From the IMG/VR virus record IMGVR_UViG_3300031994_004484: a DNA stretch of 64,000 nt, one strand, 5' to 3'. The translations under genes and the position numbers were made by a program. How positions within the stretch are numbered: position 1 is the stretch's first letter; each line of letters begins with the position of its first letter. Below the pieces are notes generated by a model. The model was not told the DNA's origin, ran no database searches, and saw only the letters and a list, made by a program, of their open reading frames with translations. The stretch comes from a virus. Lineage: Duplodnaviria > Caudoviricetes. Positions 27,185 through 37,737 of this stretch are shown piece after piece.

Positions 27185-27376
27185 ATGGAAAAAACGATTG
27201 AAGAACTCGTAAACGAGATGATTGTAATGCTTGAAGACTGTGTTGTAGACGCAGCCAAGTTCGATGGCGGCAACAAGGCCGCAGGAACAAGAGTGAGAAA
27301 GGCCATGCAGGAGATTAAAGTCGCCGCGCAGAATGTCCGTGAGACTGTAAGCGAAATCAGGAACGCGGAAAAGTAA
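27185..27376 (+). CDS. Histone H1-like Hc1-family protein
   Basis: DAAKFDGGNKAAGTRVRKAMQEIK..AQ..R signature. Confidence 0.85.
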   Translation: MEKTIEELVNEMIVMLEDCVVDAAKFDGGNKAAGTRVRKAMQEIKVAAQNVRETVSEIRNAEK

Positions 27377-27413
27377 GATAGAGTCAGATTTATTGTTGTT
27401 TGTTTTTGGGGAT

Positions 27414-28580
27414 ATGCCGACACAACCGATACCTCGGAGGATAATGGAGAAAAATCCTGAATTGGGCGCCAAGAAGTTCAACACACTCCTTATAGACGGT
27501 TCAAATCTAATGGAGGTGTGCTTTGCAGCAAACAAGACGTTATCTTCAGACGGGATAGAGGTTGGCGGCATATTCTCTTTTCTTCTTCAGTTAAAACTGA
27601 TTCTGCGGAAAGGAAGTTTCAAATATGTATATTGCTTCTTTGACGGGGTTAATTCAGGGGTTATGAGGAATTCCGTGAACCCAGAATACAAACTTAACCG
27701 TTCGAAGACATACGATGAAGCGAATCTTTCCGAATACATGAAAGCTGTAAATGAAAAGGTAAGGTACATGCAAAAGAAGCTGTACAAGACGAGGGAAAAG
27801 ACTGATGAGGAAAAAGAGTCTTTTTTCAGGCAGCGTGAGGTTGTTATCAAATGCCTTGACGAACTCTTCATAAGGGTCATGGAGTGTGACGGGACGGAAG
27901 CCGATGATTTTATCGGTTACTATGTTTCACACAAGAAACCCGAGGAAAGGATAGTAATAGTTTCAAACGACAGGGATTTGACACAACTCATATCGGAAGA
28001 TGTAATTGTCTATGTGCAGTCCATGAAAGACTTTGTCAATACGAAGAACCACCGTTCTAAGATGGGTTACGACTACCACAATGTTCTTTTGAAGAAAATC
28101 ATATGTGGAGACTCTTCAGATAACATAAAGGGTATAAAGGGTGTAGGTGAAACTACGCTTTTGAAGAATTTCCCTGAAATAGTTGAAAGGGAGGTTACGC
28201 TTGACGAGGTTATAATGAAAGCAGGTAAGATAAACGAGGAACGTTCAGCCGAAGGAAAGAAACCGCTGAAATGGGTGGAGAATATTGTCAATAGGGTGAC
28301 CGAAGGGTGTCAGGGTGAGGATGTTTATGAGATAAACAGGAAAATAATAGACCTCAAAGACCCTCTGATGCCTTCTGAAGCAAAGGAACTCTTGGAGAGT
28401 TTCATGTATGCGCCAATGTCGCCCGACGGAAGGAGTTTTTCCAATCTTTACGACATATTATGTAAGGCCGGTGTTGATGAACTGAAGGACGAGAAGGCTT
28501 TCGGTAATTTCTTCAGTGATTTCAACAGCGTTATAGAGAATGAAACAAAGGAATGGAAGCACGCATGTGAAAATTTGTGA
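27414..28580 (+). CDS. 5'-3' exonuclease / flap endonuclease (T4 RNase H, PolI N-terminal type)
   Basis: LLIDGSNL, FFDG, EADD, SNDRDLTQL, GDSSDNIKGIKGVGE. Confidence 0.9.
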   Translation: MPTQPIPRRIMEKNPELGAKKFNTLLIDGSNLMEVCFAANKTLSSDGIEVGGIFSFLLQLKLILRKGSFKYVYCFFDGVNSGVMRNSVNPEYKLNRSKTYDEANLSEYMKAVNEKVRYMQKKLYKTREKTDEEKESFFRQREVVIKCLDELFIRVMECDGTEADDFIGYYVSHKKPEERIVIVSNDRDLTQLISEDVIVYVQSMKDFVNTKNHRSKMGYDYHNVLLKKIICGDSSDNIKGIKGVGETTLLKNFPEIVEREVTLDEVIMKAGKINEERSAEGKKPLKWVENIVNRVTEGCQGEDVYEINRKIIDLKDPLMPSEAKELLESFMYAPMSPDGRSFSNLYDILCKAGVDELKDEKAFGNFFSDFNSVIENETKEWKHACENL

Positions 28581-28635
28581 TTTTCAATGAATCACGTGGT
28601 AGTTAATTTATTGTCAAACCAATAGAACACATATA

Positions 28636-29631
28636 ATGGTTTTAGAAGAAACTAAAAAGGAAGTTAAGGTGGACAACAGTGCGTTCAGGGACAGGTTCAG
28701 GTTCCTTTTTTCGGCGAACGACAACATTGTCTGCGAAAGATTTTTCAAAATAAATTATTTCAACAACGCCTCTGTGTTTTCTGAAGAATTGGCTGATACC
28801 ATAAGAACCATTTCGGACAGGATACAGAGGGACATGGAATCCAAAAGCAGGATTCACACGTATTACACAACACCGGGTAGAGTAAAGCTGACAGGTTTCA
28901 CTGAAGACGGCAAAGGGTTTTCAAATCCAAACGCAACATACTTTGACCCGCCGAAAGAAACGTTAGTTAAGAATGGTGAAGAGAACGAGGAACTCAAGCC
29001 GTATGACATTACGTTCAAATTTGATTTCCAAATGGCTCAGACCATAGAGACCAATCCTGAGGATGGAAAACCGTCTTTTTCCAATTACAAAAGCATATAT
29101 GCCGTGATTTGGGACGGAACCGTATATCCGAAGGATGTCAGGAACAGTGTTGACCTGTCCAATTCAATGGCCCAATACCGAAACGCAGACCTTACGTCAA
29201 TGAGTTTCGTGAGAACTTTGAATTACAGGATGATACTCGGTAAAAGCGACCTTATATACGAGTCAATAAAGCGCATATGCGACACGACAAGCGGTGAGGG
29301 AAAATCTTATACCAATTATTCGTTCTACGGCACAGGAAAGAAGTATTTGGACAAGGATTTGGTCGGTCTTGAGCCGTACAACAACTACACCTATACAATT
29401 TATGTAAAACCCGAAGGCGAGTTGTTCTCAAAGCCTGTTGAATGTCCCGTATATGTCACGATTGACAATATATATGTGGCAAAGAAACCTGACGGAACAT
29501 ATTCAGAGCTTGTCAAATATGACCATGACTACACTTCAAAGAGAATCAAGTCGTGGGAGAACAAACTCAGGGACAAGACTGAGGCATATAGGAAAAGTTG
29601 CGGATTCAAGAACACTTTCAGAAGAAGCTAA
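28636..29631 (+). CDS. Hypothetical protein in the replication cluster
   Basis: 331 aa ORF between exonuclease and helicase. Confidence 0.75.
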   Translation: MVLEETKKEVKVDNSAFRDRFRFLFSANDNIVCERFFKINYFNNASVFSEELADTIRTISDRIQRDMESKSRIHTYYTTPGRVKLTGFTEDGKGFSNPNATYFDPPKETLVKNGEENEELKPYDITFKFDFQMAQTIETNPEDGKPSFSNYKSIYAVIWDGTVYPKDVRNSVDLSNSMAQYRNADLTSMSFVRTLNYRMILGKSDLIYESIKRICDTTSGEGKSYTNYSFYGTGKKYLDKDLVGLEPYNNYTYTIYVKPEGELFSKPVECPVYVTIDNIYVAKKPDGTYSELVKYDHDYTSKRIKSWENKLRDKTEAYRKSCGFKNTFRRS

Positions 29632-29668
29632 ATATTGTTTTTGATTATTGTTTTATTTTTTTTTTCAT

Positions 29669-29701
29669 GCGCACCACACAAAACCAAAGTGGTGCGCTTT
29701 T
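29669..29701 (+). terminator. Hairpin/terminator before helicase
   Basis: GCGCACCAC/GTGGTGCGC stem plus TTTT. Confidence 0.65.
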
Positions 29702-29723
29702 AACCTAAATTTTTAGATAAGGA

Positions 29724-31154
29724 ATGGCTAAAGCAAAGAAGTCTGTTACAGACTTGAGTTTTTTCAGTTACGATTACCAATGTTCCATATTGAAACTCTT
29801 CATGGAAAACGAGGAGTTTGCGTTGTCAACTGTTGACACGATGGATCAGAACCATTTCAGCGGAAGTTCGGAACTCAGGAAAATAGCGGCGGTTATAAAG
29901 GAAAAGGTTTCAAAACTCAATAGGTCAATATCATACGAAGAGTTGGAACTTTATCTTAAAACCACAGTGGATGATGCAATAACACTTGAAAAATGCATGG
30001 CTATCATCGATGAGAAGATGAAGCCCACAACATATACGGAAGGTGAGTTAAACACAATAAAAGAGGAATATCATAATTTCCTCGTTGCCATGGAAACCGT
30101 CAAATTGGGTAATGAAATAACACAGCTGAATAAGGACGGGGCAAAGAAAGAGGATGTTATGGCTGTTGTGAAAAAATATGATGACAGGACAACATTTGAC
30201 GAGGTGATAGCCGAAGACCTTAAGATAGATAGAGAGGAGTTTCTAAGGCTTATCAGTCAGGAGAAATATGAGACAATTCCAACCGGTTGCAAATACCTTG
30301 ACGAAAGGCTTGGCGGAGGAATGAGAAAGGGTGATTTTGGCATTCTTGTTGCAGGAACAGGCATAGGTAAAACATGTGTTACAAGTGGTTTCGCTGCATA
30401 TGCGGCATGGAAAGGATACAAGGTGGCACACATTATACTTGAAGACAAAAAAGACGATATAAAGGACAAATACTTGGCTTATATCCTGAATGTCGGCGTC
30501 AATTATTTCAAGAACACAATCGAAGGGAGAGAATTGGTTACCGAAAGATACGACATGATAGGTGAAGAGAAAATATACAATACCCTATACGAGAACCTGA
30601 AGCCGATTTATGCCATAGACAGGAATGAAAAAATGCACCGTTTGTCTGTAAGGGACATAGACAATATGTTAACAAAACTCGAAAACGGAGGCTTCAAAGC
30701 TGATTTGGTTATCATAGACTATTTCGACAGGATAAAATGTTCGATAAGTAACATTGAGATATGGAGGAAAGACCAAATAATATCCGACGAGTTGAACGAG
30801 CTTGCTATCAACCATAACGTTGCCATGTGGGTTCCAAGTCAGGGAAACAAGACAATACAGGACAGGACGACAAGAATAAACATATCCAACATATCAGGCG
30901 GAGCATGGAAAGGTTTTACAGCACAAATCGTTGTCTCAATGCAGAAAAACCTTGAGGATTTGTCAACAAACATCACAACAGTGAATTTCCTCAAGAACAG
31001 GTACAACAACGATTTTACACCGATTTCAATAGAGTTCGACAATGGGACATGCCGTTTCGGAAAACTTGCCAACGACGACTCCGCAATATACGGAAACGAT
31101 TCGGAGCAAGTGGCTGATACCGTGTTTGATGACAACAGAAAAAAGAAAAAATAA
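29724..31154 (+). CDS. dnaB: Replicative DnaB-like helicase
   Basis: IPTG...LD..LGGG..KG, Walker A AGTGIGKT, IIDYFD, VPSQ.N, KNR. Confidence 0.9.
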   Translation: MAKAKKSVTDLSFFSYDYQCSILKLFMENEEFALSTVDTMDQNHFSGSSELRKIAAVIKEKVSKLNRSISYEELELYLKTTVDDAITLEKCMAIIDEKMKPTTYTEGELNTIKEEYHNFLVAMETVKLGNEITQLNKDGAKKEDVMAVVKKYDDRTTFDEVIAEDLKIDREEFLRLISQEKYETIPTGCKYLDERLGGGMRKGDFGILVAGTGIGKTCVTSGFAAYAAWKGYKVAHIILEDKKDDIKDKYLAYILNVGVNYFKNTIEGRELVTERYDMIGEEKIYNTLYENLKPIYAIDRNEKMHRLSVRDIDNMLTKLENGGFKADLVIIDYFDRIKCSISNIEIWRKDQIISDELNELAINHNVAMWVPSQGNKTIQDRTTRINISNISGGAWKGFTAQIVVSMQKNLEDLSTNITTVNFLKNRYNNDFTPISIEFDNGTCRFGKLANDDSAIYGNDSEQVADTVFDDNRKKKK

Positions 31155-31214
31155 TACATTATTTGTTTTATTGAAGTTTGAATATATATCTTTTACAAGA
31201 TAAAAAAATAGAGT

Positions 31215-33551
31215 ATGGATATCAGAAAAAGCAACGGAACCATCGAGGAGTACGATGAACAAAAATTAAAAAACACCATTTGTGCGGCTTATGAGGCTGT
31301 TGGTGAAAAATGCGAGGAAATGTTTTTGGACAACGCAGTACAGAACCTGTACCTGTATGAAAACATGTCAACCAACGAAATAAGAAGGCAGGTTGAGGAA
31401 TGGCTTATGTCTGTTAATAAGAAAGCAGCCAAAGCTTATATAGAAAATTCAGTTTCTAGTAATGAACTAAAGAAAAGGGATGATTTTATAAGCAATTATA
31501 TCAATGCAAAAAATGCTTCAAGCGGTTCAAAATATGATTCAAATGCAAATGTGGGGACAAAAAATATTGCAACATTAAATGCTGAAATACCAAAATTTGG
31601 TAATATAATGTTTAATAGAAAGAACACGGCGTCAAGAATAAGAAAGTTATACTCAAAAAAGCTTTCCAAACAATATATGCAAGACCTTGATAATCACATA
31701 ATTTACAAGCATGATGAAAGTTCTTTTGGTATAAATGCACCTTATTGTGTTGCTATTCAGTCATTTCCGTTTTTAACGGACGGACTTAAAGGTCTTGGGG
31801 GATTATCAGCCGCACCAAAAAACATAGATTCTTTTTGCGGTATGTTTGTTAACTTGATATTTGCAGTTTCTTCACAGTTTGCCGGTGCTGTTGCATGCTC
31901 GGGTTTTTTCAATATGTTTGATTATTTTGCGAGAAGGGAATGGGGTGACAATTATTTTCTTGAATCAGATTCTTTTTATAAAATCGGTTTTAAATTAAGA
32001 AAACTTTTACAAAAAACACATTATTGGACTAATAATGTAAAAGAACTTTCCGAACATGATTTTGGTTGTGATGAGTTAAATAAACTTCGTGATGAAATAG
32101 TATTTGAAAGTAGTCGCCCATTAACCGAAATGGAATTGAAGGAATATATGGATAATGTTAAAGGCAATCCCGGTTATATTGTTAAATTGGGTGACGGCAC
32201 AAGGACAATAAAGGGACAAATACATCAATATTTTCAACAGGTTGTTTACGGAATAAATCAACCGGCGGCAGCGCGTGGTTTTCAATCTGCGTTTGTTAAT
32301 TTCGCTTATTTCGACAAACCTTATTTTGAAGGTATGTATGGTGAATTTTCTTTTCCTGATGGAACGAAACCACAATGGAGTTCAATATCTTTCATACAGA
32401 AAGAGTTTATGAAATGGTTTAACAAGGAAAGAACAAAATGTGTTTTGACGTTTCCAGTTGAAACAATGTCACTTCTTTATAAAGATGGTGAATATGTTGA
32501 TAAAGAATATGCAGAATTTACAGCTGAAATGTTGTCAGAAGGCCATAGTTTTTTCATTTACACTAGTGATTCACCAGACACATTGAGTAGTTGTTGCCGT
32601 TTATCAAATAAAATTCAAGAAAATACGTTCACTTTTACGAATGGTTTAACTGGCGAACAAACAGGTTCAAAATCTGTTATAACATTAAATTTCAATAGAA
32701 TTCTTCAAAACTATGTTAATGAACAGTGTAATGGAAACAGAAATGCCTTCAAAGAAAATAAAGAAGAATTTATGAATGGTTTTAAAGAATATTTAAAACC
32801 TATTTTGGAGAGGGTGTACAAATATCACACAGCGTATAACGATATTTTATGGGACTTGTATAAAGCTGAAATGCTACCTGTTTATTCTGCCGGTTTTATT
32901 CATCTTAATAAACAATATTTAACTTTAGGTATAAATGGCTTGAATGAAGCGTGGATGTTTTTAGGTGGTACATGTAATTATAACCCAGATTATTTATACT
33001 TCACAACATCTATAACAGGCTTGATGAAGGAACAGAATGCTGAACATAGGACAAAAAAAGAAATGTTTAACACTGAGTTTGTACCCGCCGAAAGTCTTGG
33101 TATTAAAAATTACAAATGGGATAAATCCGAAGGATACTGGGTACCTGAAAATAGGAATTGTTATACCTCATATTTCTTTTTGCCAGATGATAAGGAAATA
33201 AGTGTTTTGGACAAAATGAAATTACACGGTAACGATAACGTTAAATCTCTTGACGGCGGTTCAGCTTGCCATTTACAGTTAAATGAGCATCTTAGCTATG
33301 AACAGTATCAATATCTTTTGAATTTTGCGGGTAAAGTTGGATGTAATTACTGGACTGTAAACGTGAAAAATAGTGAATGTAAAGATTGTGGATACATAAG
33401 TAAACATACAATCACAAAATGTCCTAAATGCGGAGGAGAAAATTTTGATTATTGGACGAGAATAATCGGGTATTTAAGAAAGGTAAGCGACTTCAATGAA
33501 GGGCGTCAAATAGAGGAAAGCAAAAGGTTTTATAGTGAAAAGATTGAGTAA
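31215..33551 (+). CDS. nrdD: Anaerobic (class III) ribonucleoside-triphosphate reductase
   Basis: N-terminal ATP cone, IYKHD, TFPVET, SCCRL, PAESL, CxxC...CxxC, glycyl-radical motif RIIGYL. Confidence 0.95.
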   Translation: MDIRKSNGTIEEYDEQKLKNTICAAYEAVGEKCEEMFLDNAVQNLYLYENMSTNEIRRQVEEWLMSVNKKAAKAYIENSVSSNELKKRDDFISNYINAKNASSGSKYDSNANVGTKNIATLNAEIPKFGNIMFNRKNTASRIRKLYSKKLSKQYMQDLDNHIIYKHDESSFGINAPYCVAIQSFPFLTDGLKGLGGLSAAPKNIDSFCGMFVNLIFAVSSQFAGAVACSGFFNMFDYFARREWGDNYFLESDSFYKIGFKLRKLLQKTHYWTNNVKELSEHDFGCDELNKLRDEIVFESSRPLTEMELKEYMDNVKGNPGYIVKLGDGTRTIKGQIHQYFQQVVYGINQPAAARGFQSAFVNFAYFDKPYFEGMYGEFSFPDGTKPQWSSISFIQKEFMKWFNKERTKCVLTFPVETMSLLYKDGEYVDKEYAEFTAEMLSEGHSFFIYTSDSPDTLSSCCRLSNKIQENTFTFTNGLTGEQTGSKSVITLNFNRILQNYVNEQCNGNRNAFKENKEEFMNGFKEYLKPILERVYKYHTAYNDILWDLYKAEMLPVYSAGFIHLNKQYLTLGINGLNEAWMFLGGTCNYNPDYLYFTTSITGLMKEQNAEHRTKKEMFNTEFVPAESLGIKNYKWDKSEGYWVPENRNCYTSYFFLPDDKEISVLDKMKLHGNDNVKSLDGGSACHLQLNEHLSYEQYQYLLNFAGKVGCNYWTVNVKNSECKDCGYISKHTITKCPKCGGENFDYWTRIIGYLRKVSDFNEGRQIEESKRFYSEKIE

Positions 33552-33629
33552 TTGCTATTCGCAATTTACACACCGTTTATTCTTTTTTTAGTATTTAGTA
33601 TATTTATTAGTAAACTAAATACAATTAAT

Positions 33630-34687
33630 ATGAAATGTGACAATATTGATATAGAAAAATTCCGTGATGAATACGAGAATAAATTGATGACATTGACAGA
33701 GATAGCTAAATCATATGGAGTGTCGTATTCAAGTATTAGAAGGTTTGCGTTAAGCAATGGAATAGAATTAAGAAAAAAGGGTGATAATGGTAAACCGAGG
33801 AAGGTAAGCCCTTCCCCTTTTAAGCAAGAAATAAGTGATGAAAGAATAAAAACATTAAAAAAACTTTTTGCTGAAAATATTCCAATAGCTAAAATAGCAA
33901 ATGAGTTGAATGTTGGGAGACGTGCTGTCGAAAGAAAGATATCTGAACTGAACTTAATGAGAAGTAAATCCCCGAATTCAAGAGAACAATATGACAAAAA
34001 AAATGATAAAGAAATAGTTGAAATGTATGAAGGAGGAATGTCTTCTGTTGAAATAGCAAAAGTTTTGAATGTAACCCATAAAACAGTACAGAATCATTTA
34101 AAACATTGTGGGATCAAATTAAGGACAATATCGGAAGCTCACTTTTTGAGTAATAAAAAAGGTTTTCCGAAAGAACTTTTATCGTTTGAAGAGCTTTATG
34201 ATATGTATGTCTTGAAAAGAATGTCCAAAAAGGCTATTGCAGAAACTTTGAATGTGAGTCCGAATGTGGTTAATAGATGTTTAAAAAACTTTGGTATAAA
34301 AATTAGGGGTGTTTCCGAGTGTAAGATAGGTCTTATGACAGGGGAAAAACATCCAAACTGGAAGGTGGGGTAACTTCGTTATATATAATGTTACGCGAAT
34401 ACTTCGGAAGAACTCAACAAAAAGTTGCAATTAAGCGGGATGGGTACAAATGTAGGATGTGTGGTTCTAAGAAGAACTTGCAAGTTCATCATATAAAACC
34501 TTTCAAAGGAATACTTGATACAATCATATCCGAACACCCAGAATTAAATGTTGAAGATAATAAAATGGCTATATATGATATAGCAAGAAATGACGAAAGA
34601 ATGAATGATTTAGATAATCTTATTACATATTGTAAAGATTGTCATTTATATAAAGTGCATAAATATAAAAAGAGAAATATTGAGTGA
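33630..34687 (+). pseudogene. HTH-repeat + HNH homing endonuclease, split by a frameshift
   Basis: 33630..34373 has four HTH-like repeats ending HPNWK. A -1 shift at ~34362 restores HPNWKGGVTSLYIMLR into 34388..34687 (RD.YKC.MCG...LQVHHI...NLITYC..CH). Confidence 0.8.
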
Positions 34688-34690
34688 TTT

Positions 34691-35155
34691 ATGTTAAAAT
34701 ACGTTGATGAAAGCGTTGTTTTTGAGGAAATACCTGATATGGTCACGCTGACAATATCAATAAGCAATTGTCCTTATAAATGTAAGGGTTGTCATTCGGA
34801 TTATTTGCAGAAAGATATTGGTGAGGAACTTACATTTGATAAAATTGATTGGCTTATTGAAAAGAATAAAGGTGTAAATTGTTTTCTTTTTATGGGGGAT
34901 GCAGGTAAATTTGACGAGGTTTGTGATTTTTCTGAATACATAAGAAAAAAATATCCCGAATTAAAACAAGGCGTTTATACTGGCAATGTTGAAATTCCGA
35001 AGGGGTATGGGGAACACTTTGACTTCATTAAAACGGGTCCCTATATCGAAGAATTCGGGCCGTTAAACAAGAAAACGACAAACCAAAGGCTATATGAGGT
35101 AAAAGACGGAAAACTTAATGATGTTACATACAGATTTTGGAAAGAGATTCTATAA
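34691..35155 (+). CDS. nrdG: Anaerobic RNR activating enzyme (radical SAM)
   Basis: CPYKCKGCHS, K.GPYIEE.G.L...TTNQR. Confidence 0.95.
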   Translation: MLKYVDESVVFEEIPDMVTLTISISNCPYKCKGCHSDYLQKDIGEELTFDKIDWLIEKNKGVNCFLFMGDAGKFDEVCDFSEYIRKKYPELKQGVYTGNVEIPKGYGEHFDFIKTGPYIEEFGPLNKKTTNQRLYEVKDGKLNDVTYRFWKEIL

Positions 35156-35181
35156 TATTCTTTAGCTTGCAAAAACATTTT

Positions 35182-35221
35182 AAATGGTTTATATTATTAT
35201 TAATGATATAAACCATTTTTT
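35182..35221 (+). terminator. Long AT-rich hairpin/terminator
   Basis: AAATGGTTTATATTATT/AATGATATAAACCATTT plus T tract. Confidence 0.7.
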
Positions 35222-35245
35222 ATATTATGAATATTTATCGCATAT

Positions 35246-35632
35246 ATGCCTAAGATTCAAAAATATGGTATCAAGTTCCCGATAACGGTGATATCGGATG
35301 AGAGGAGTTTGTTTGACACCAACACATATCAGTCCGACAGTGTCAAATCAGAACTCCTGCATATTATTTTCACCCCAAAGGGTCAGAGGTTGAGAGACCC
35401 CGAGTTCGGCACAAACTTAATACAGTACATATTCAATCCTAACGACACGCAAACATGGGATGATGTTGTAACTGAAGTGAAAGACGCGACAACAAAATAT
35501 CTGAAAGACTGCAAAGTCAACAATATTCAAGTCATGGAGGGTGAAGACGGGAGCGAGCTTTATGTCGAGCTGACATATTCGGTTTGGAACGGCGGCAAGA
35601 TATCCACATACAAATCATTGACAAAGATTTAA
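35246..35632 (+). CDS. Baseplate wedge protein gp25-like
   Basis: GIKFP, L..IIFT.KG.R..DPEFGT.L..YIF. Confidence 0.9.
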   Translation: MPKIQKYGIKFPITVISDERSLFDTNTYQSDSVKSELLHIIFTPKGQRLRDPEFGTNLIQYIFNPNDTQTWDDVVTEVKDATTKYLKDCKVNNIQVMEGEDGSELYVELTYSVWNGGKISTYKSLTKI

Positions 35633-35641
35633 CAGACAGAC

Positions 35642-37648
35642 ATGGCGGAGAATCAGATACAGTACACCAAAAGAAATTACGATGAGATAAGGAACGCCCT
35701 TATAGAGATCACAAAGCGTTATTACGGGGATATTTTCAACACGATAAATGACGCTTCGATAGGCCAATGGATAATGGACATCAACTCGGATATTTTCGAC
35801 ATATTGATGTACAACATTGACAGGGCTTATCAGGAAACGAGTATAGATTCCGCAAATAGCAGACAATCGCTTTTGAATATAGCAAAGAGCCTTGGGGTAA
35901 AAATACCGGGTCCAAAAAGCGCGTTAGTCGAGGTTGAGTTGTCATGTATACTGCCTCTCAATACAAGCGCTGTACCGGGTAGTTCGGACAATCTTGCCAT
36001 AGCTGACGAAAGTTATGCGCCATACATAAAGAGAGGCAGCCTGTTCACAGACGGAAGGAACACGTTTGAGTTGATGGAGGATGTGGATTTCAAAACACAG
36101 TTTGATTCAAACGGGATATCAAACAGGCAGATAATCCCGAGAAGGAATTCAAACGGAGAGATAACAGGGTATAGATACAAAAAACTCGCAATAGCTTCAG
36201 CGGGGCAAAGTAAAATATACAAGAGGTTCATAACAAACAGCGACATAGCTCCGTTTTTCAGTGTCACTTTGCAAGATGCCAACATATTGGGAGTTGAGAG
36301 TGTTATATTGAAACAAGGAAGGACATTGGGATTTAACCCCACTGTTGCTGAATTCTATGTTGACGAGGAAAGTTACGAAGACAAGGAAGGAAAGCCTACC
36401 CAACGTTTTTTTGAGGTTGATAACCTTATAGACCAATACAGATTCGGTTATGAAGAACAGGAAGTTGATTCATCGGATGGAAAATATACATATTACTCAC
36501 CCATTTGGGATGTAATAGACACGGTTGAAGTTGTGGGTGATGATGAAGAAACAAAACTCGAACCAATAAGAATGGCGGTAAGAGGCAAATGGAAAAGGTT
36601 GAAAAACAAATTTGTCACGGAATATACCGACAATGGGAACTTAAAACTCATATTCGGTTCCGGACTTAGGAACAAGTATGGCAATATACCTGAGATTGCG
36701 GAAGATTATACACAGTATCGCATGAGCCGAATGGAAGCCAACGACTATATGGGTGTTTTGCCTGAACCGAACACAACAATGTACATATTGTACAGGACAG
36801 GCGGTGGTGAAATGAGCAATATAGGCGCCAACACACTGACCAAGATATTGTCGCTTGCATATGCCATAGACGGAAACTGCAACGATCCAGAGGATACAAG
36901 GAAGAAATCGGATGTAAGGGCTTCTATTGCAGTGACGAACCCGTCACAGTCGTATGGTGGAAAGGACGCTCCAAGTAATGAGGAAATCCGTTTCATGACA
37001 AAATACATATCAGCGGCACAAAACAGATGTGTGACGATATCTGATTATTATGCGAGATTGATGGAAATTCCGGCCAAATATGGGCTTCCGTTCAGATGCG
37101 GTGTTGTAGAGGAAAACAACAAAATTGTCATATACACATTAGGTCTTGACCCTAATGGTTATCTTACAAGCGCATTGGCTGAAAGGGTTGCTGACAATAT
37201 GAAAGAATATTTGTCAATGTACAAAATGTTGACTGATTTTGTTGAAATACGCTCCGGCCGGATAATAAACATAGCTTTCGAGATTGATATATATGTTGAT
37301 AAGACATATGATAAGAGTGAGGTTTCAAAACGGATAATAGAAACCACAAGGGATTATATGGATATAAGGAGACACCAAATGGGTGAAGACATATTCATAG
37401 GTGATTTGGAAAAGGAAATATCGAAACTTGACGGAGTACAGAATTTGATTGATTTGAGATGCTACAACAAGGTTGGAGACGGTTACTCTGAAACACAGAT
37501 TTCCCAACAGATGGTTTCGAACGGTGACACTTTCACGGATGAGGTTGACTTGAGGGAGAGCGACAAGACACTGTTCTCCGAAGCAGGATGCATGTTTGAA
37601 ATAAAATACGCAAATGACATTCAAATCAATGTGCGTGAAAGAGAATAA
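35642..37648 (+). CDS. Baseplate wedge protein gp6-like
   Basis: Y..RNYD.IR..L, D...QE...D.A..R.S...IAK.LG, FG.G, GG.D....EEIR, QNRCVT..DY. Confidence 0.9.
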   Translation: MAENQIQYTKRNYDEIRNALIEITKRYYGDIFNTINDASIGQWIMDINSDIFDILMYNIDRAYQETSIDSANSRQSLLNIAKSLGVKIPGPKSALVEVELSCILPLNTSAVPGSSDNLAIADESYAPYIKRGSLFTDGRNTFELMEDVDFKTQFDSNGISNRQIIPRRNSNGEITGYRYKKLAIASAGQSKIYKRFITNSDIAPFFSVTLQDANILGVESVILKQGRTLGFNPTVAEFYVDEESYEDKEGKPTQRFFEVDNLIDQYRFGYEEQEVDSSDGKYTYYSPIWDVIDTVEVVGDDEETKLEPIRMAVRGKWKRLKNKFVTEYTDNGNLKLIFGSGLRNKYGNIPEIAEDYTQYRMSRMEANDYMGVLPEPNTTMYILYRTGGGEMSNIGANTLTKILSLAYAIDGNCNDPEDTRKKSDVRASIAVTNPSQSYGGKDAPSNEEIRFMTKYISAAQNRCVTISDYYARLMEIPAKYGLPFRCGVVEENNKIVIYTLGLDPNGYLTSALAERVADNMKEYLSMYKMLTDFVEIRSGRIINIAFEIDIYVDKTYDKSEVSKRIIETTRDYMDIRRHQMGEDIFIGDLEKEISKLDGVQNLIDLRCYNKVGDGYSETQISQQMVSNGDTFTDEVDLRESDKTLFSEAGCMFEIKYANDIQINVRERE

Positions 37649-37670
37649 GCGAAAACTTTTCAATAAAGAC

Positions 37671-37700
37671 AAAAGCACCTTGATAATAAGGTGCTTTTTT
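37671..37700 (+). terminator. Intrinsic terminator (same stem as 1936)
   Basis: AAAAGCACCTT/AAGGTGCTTTT. Confidence 0.8.
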
Positions 37701-37737
37701 ATTATATTTTATTGATTAACAATCAATTTAAAGAAAT

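Noticed and set aside
24936-33551. Inteins or introns in recA, helicase or nrdD
   Set aside because: The ORFs are continuous and near normal length, with no Cys/Ser...His-Asn splice motifs.
34341-34350. GGGGAAAAAC as a programmed -1 slippery site for the HNH gene
   Set aside because: It is not in X XXY YYZ phase, and shifting here would lose the HPNWK motif.
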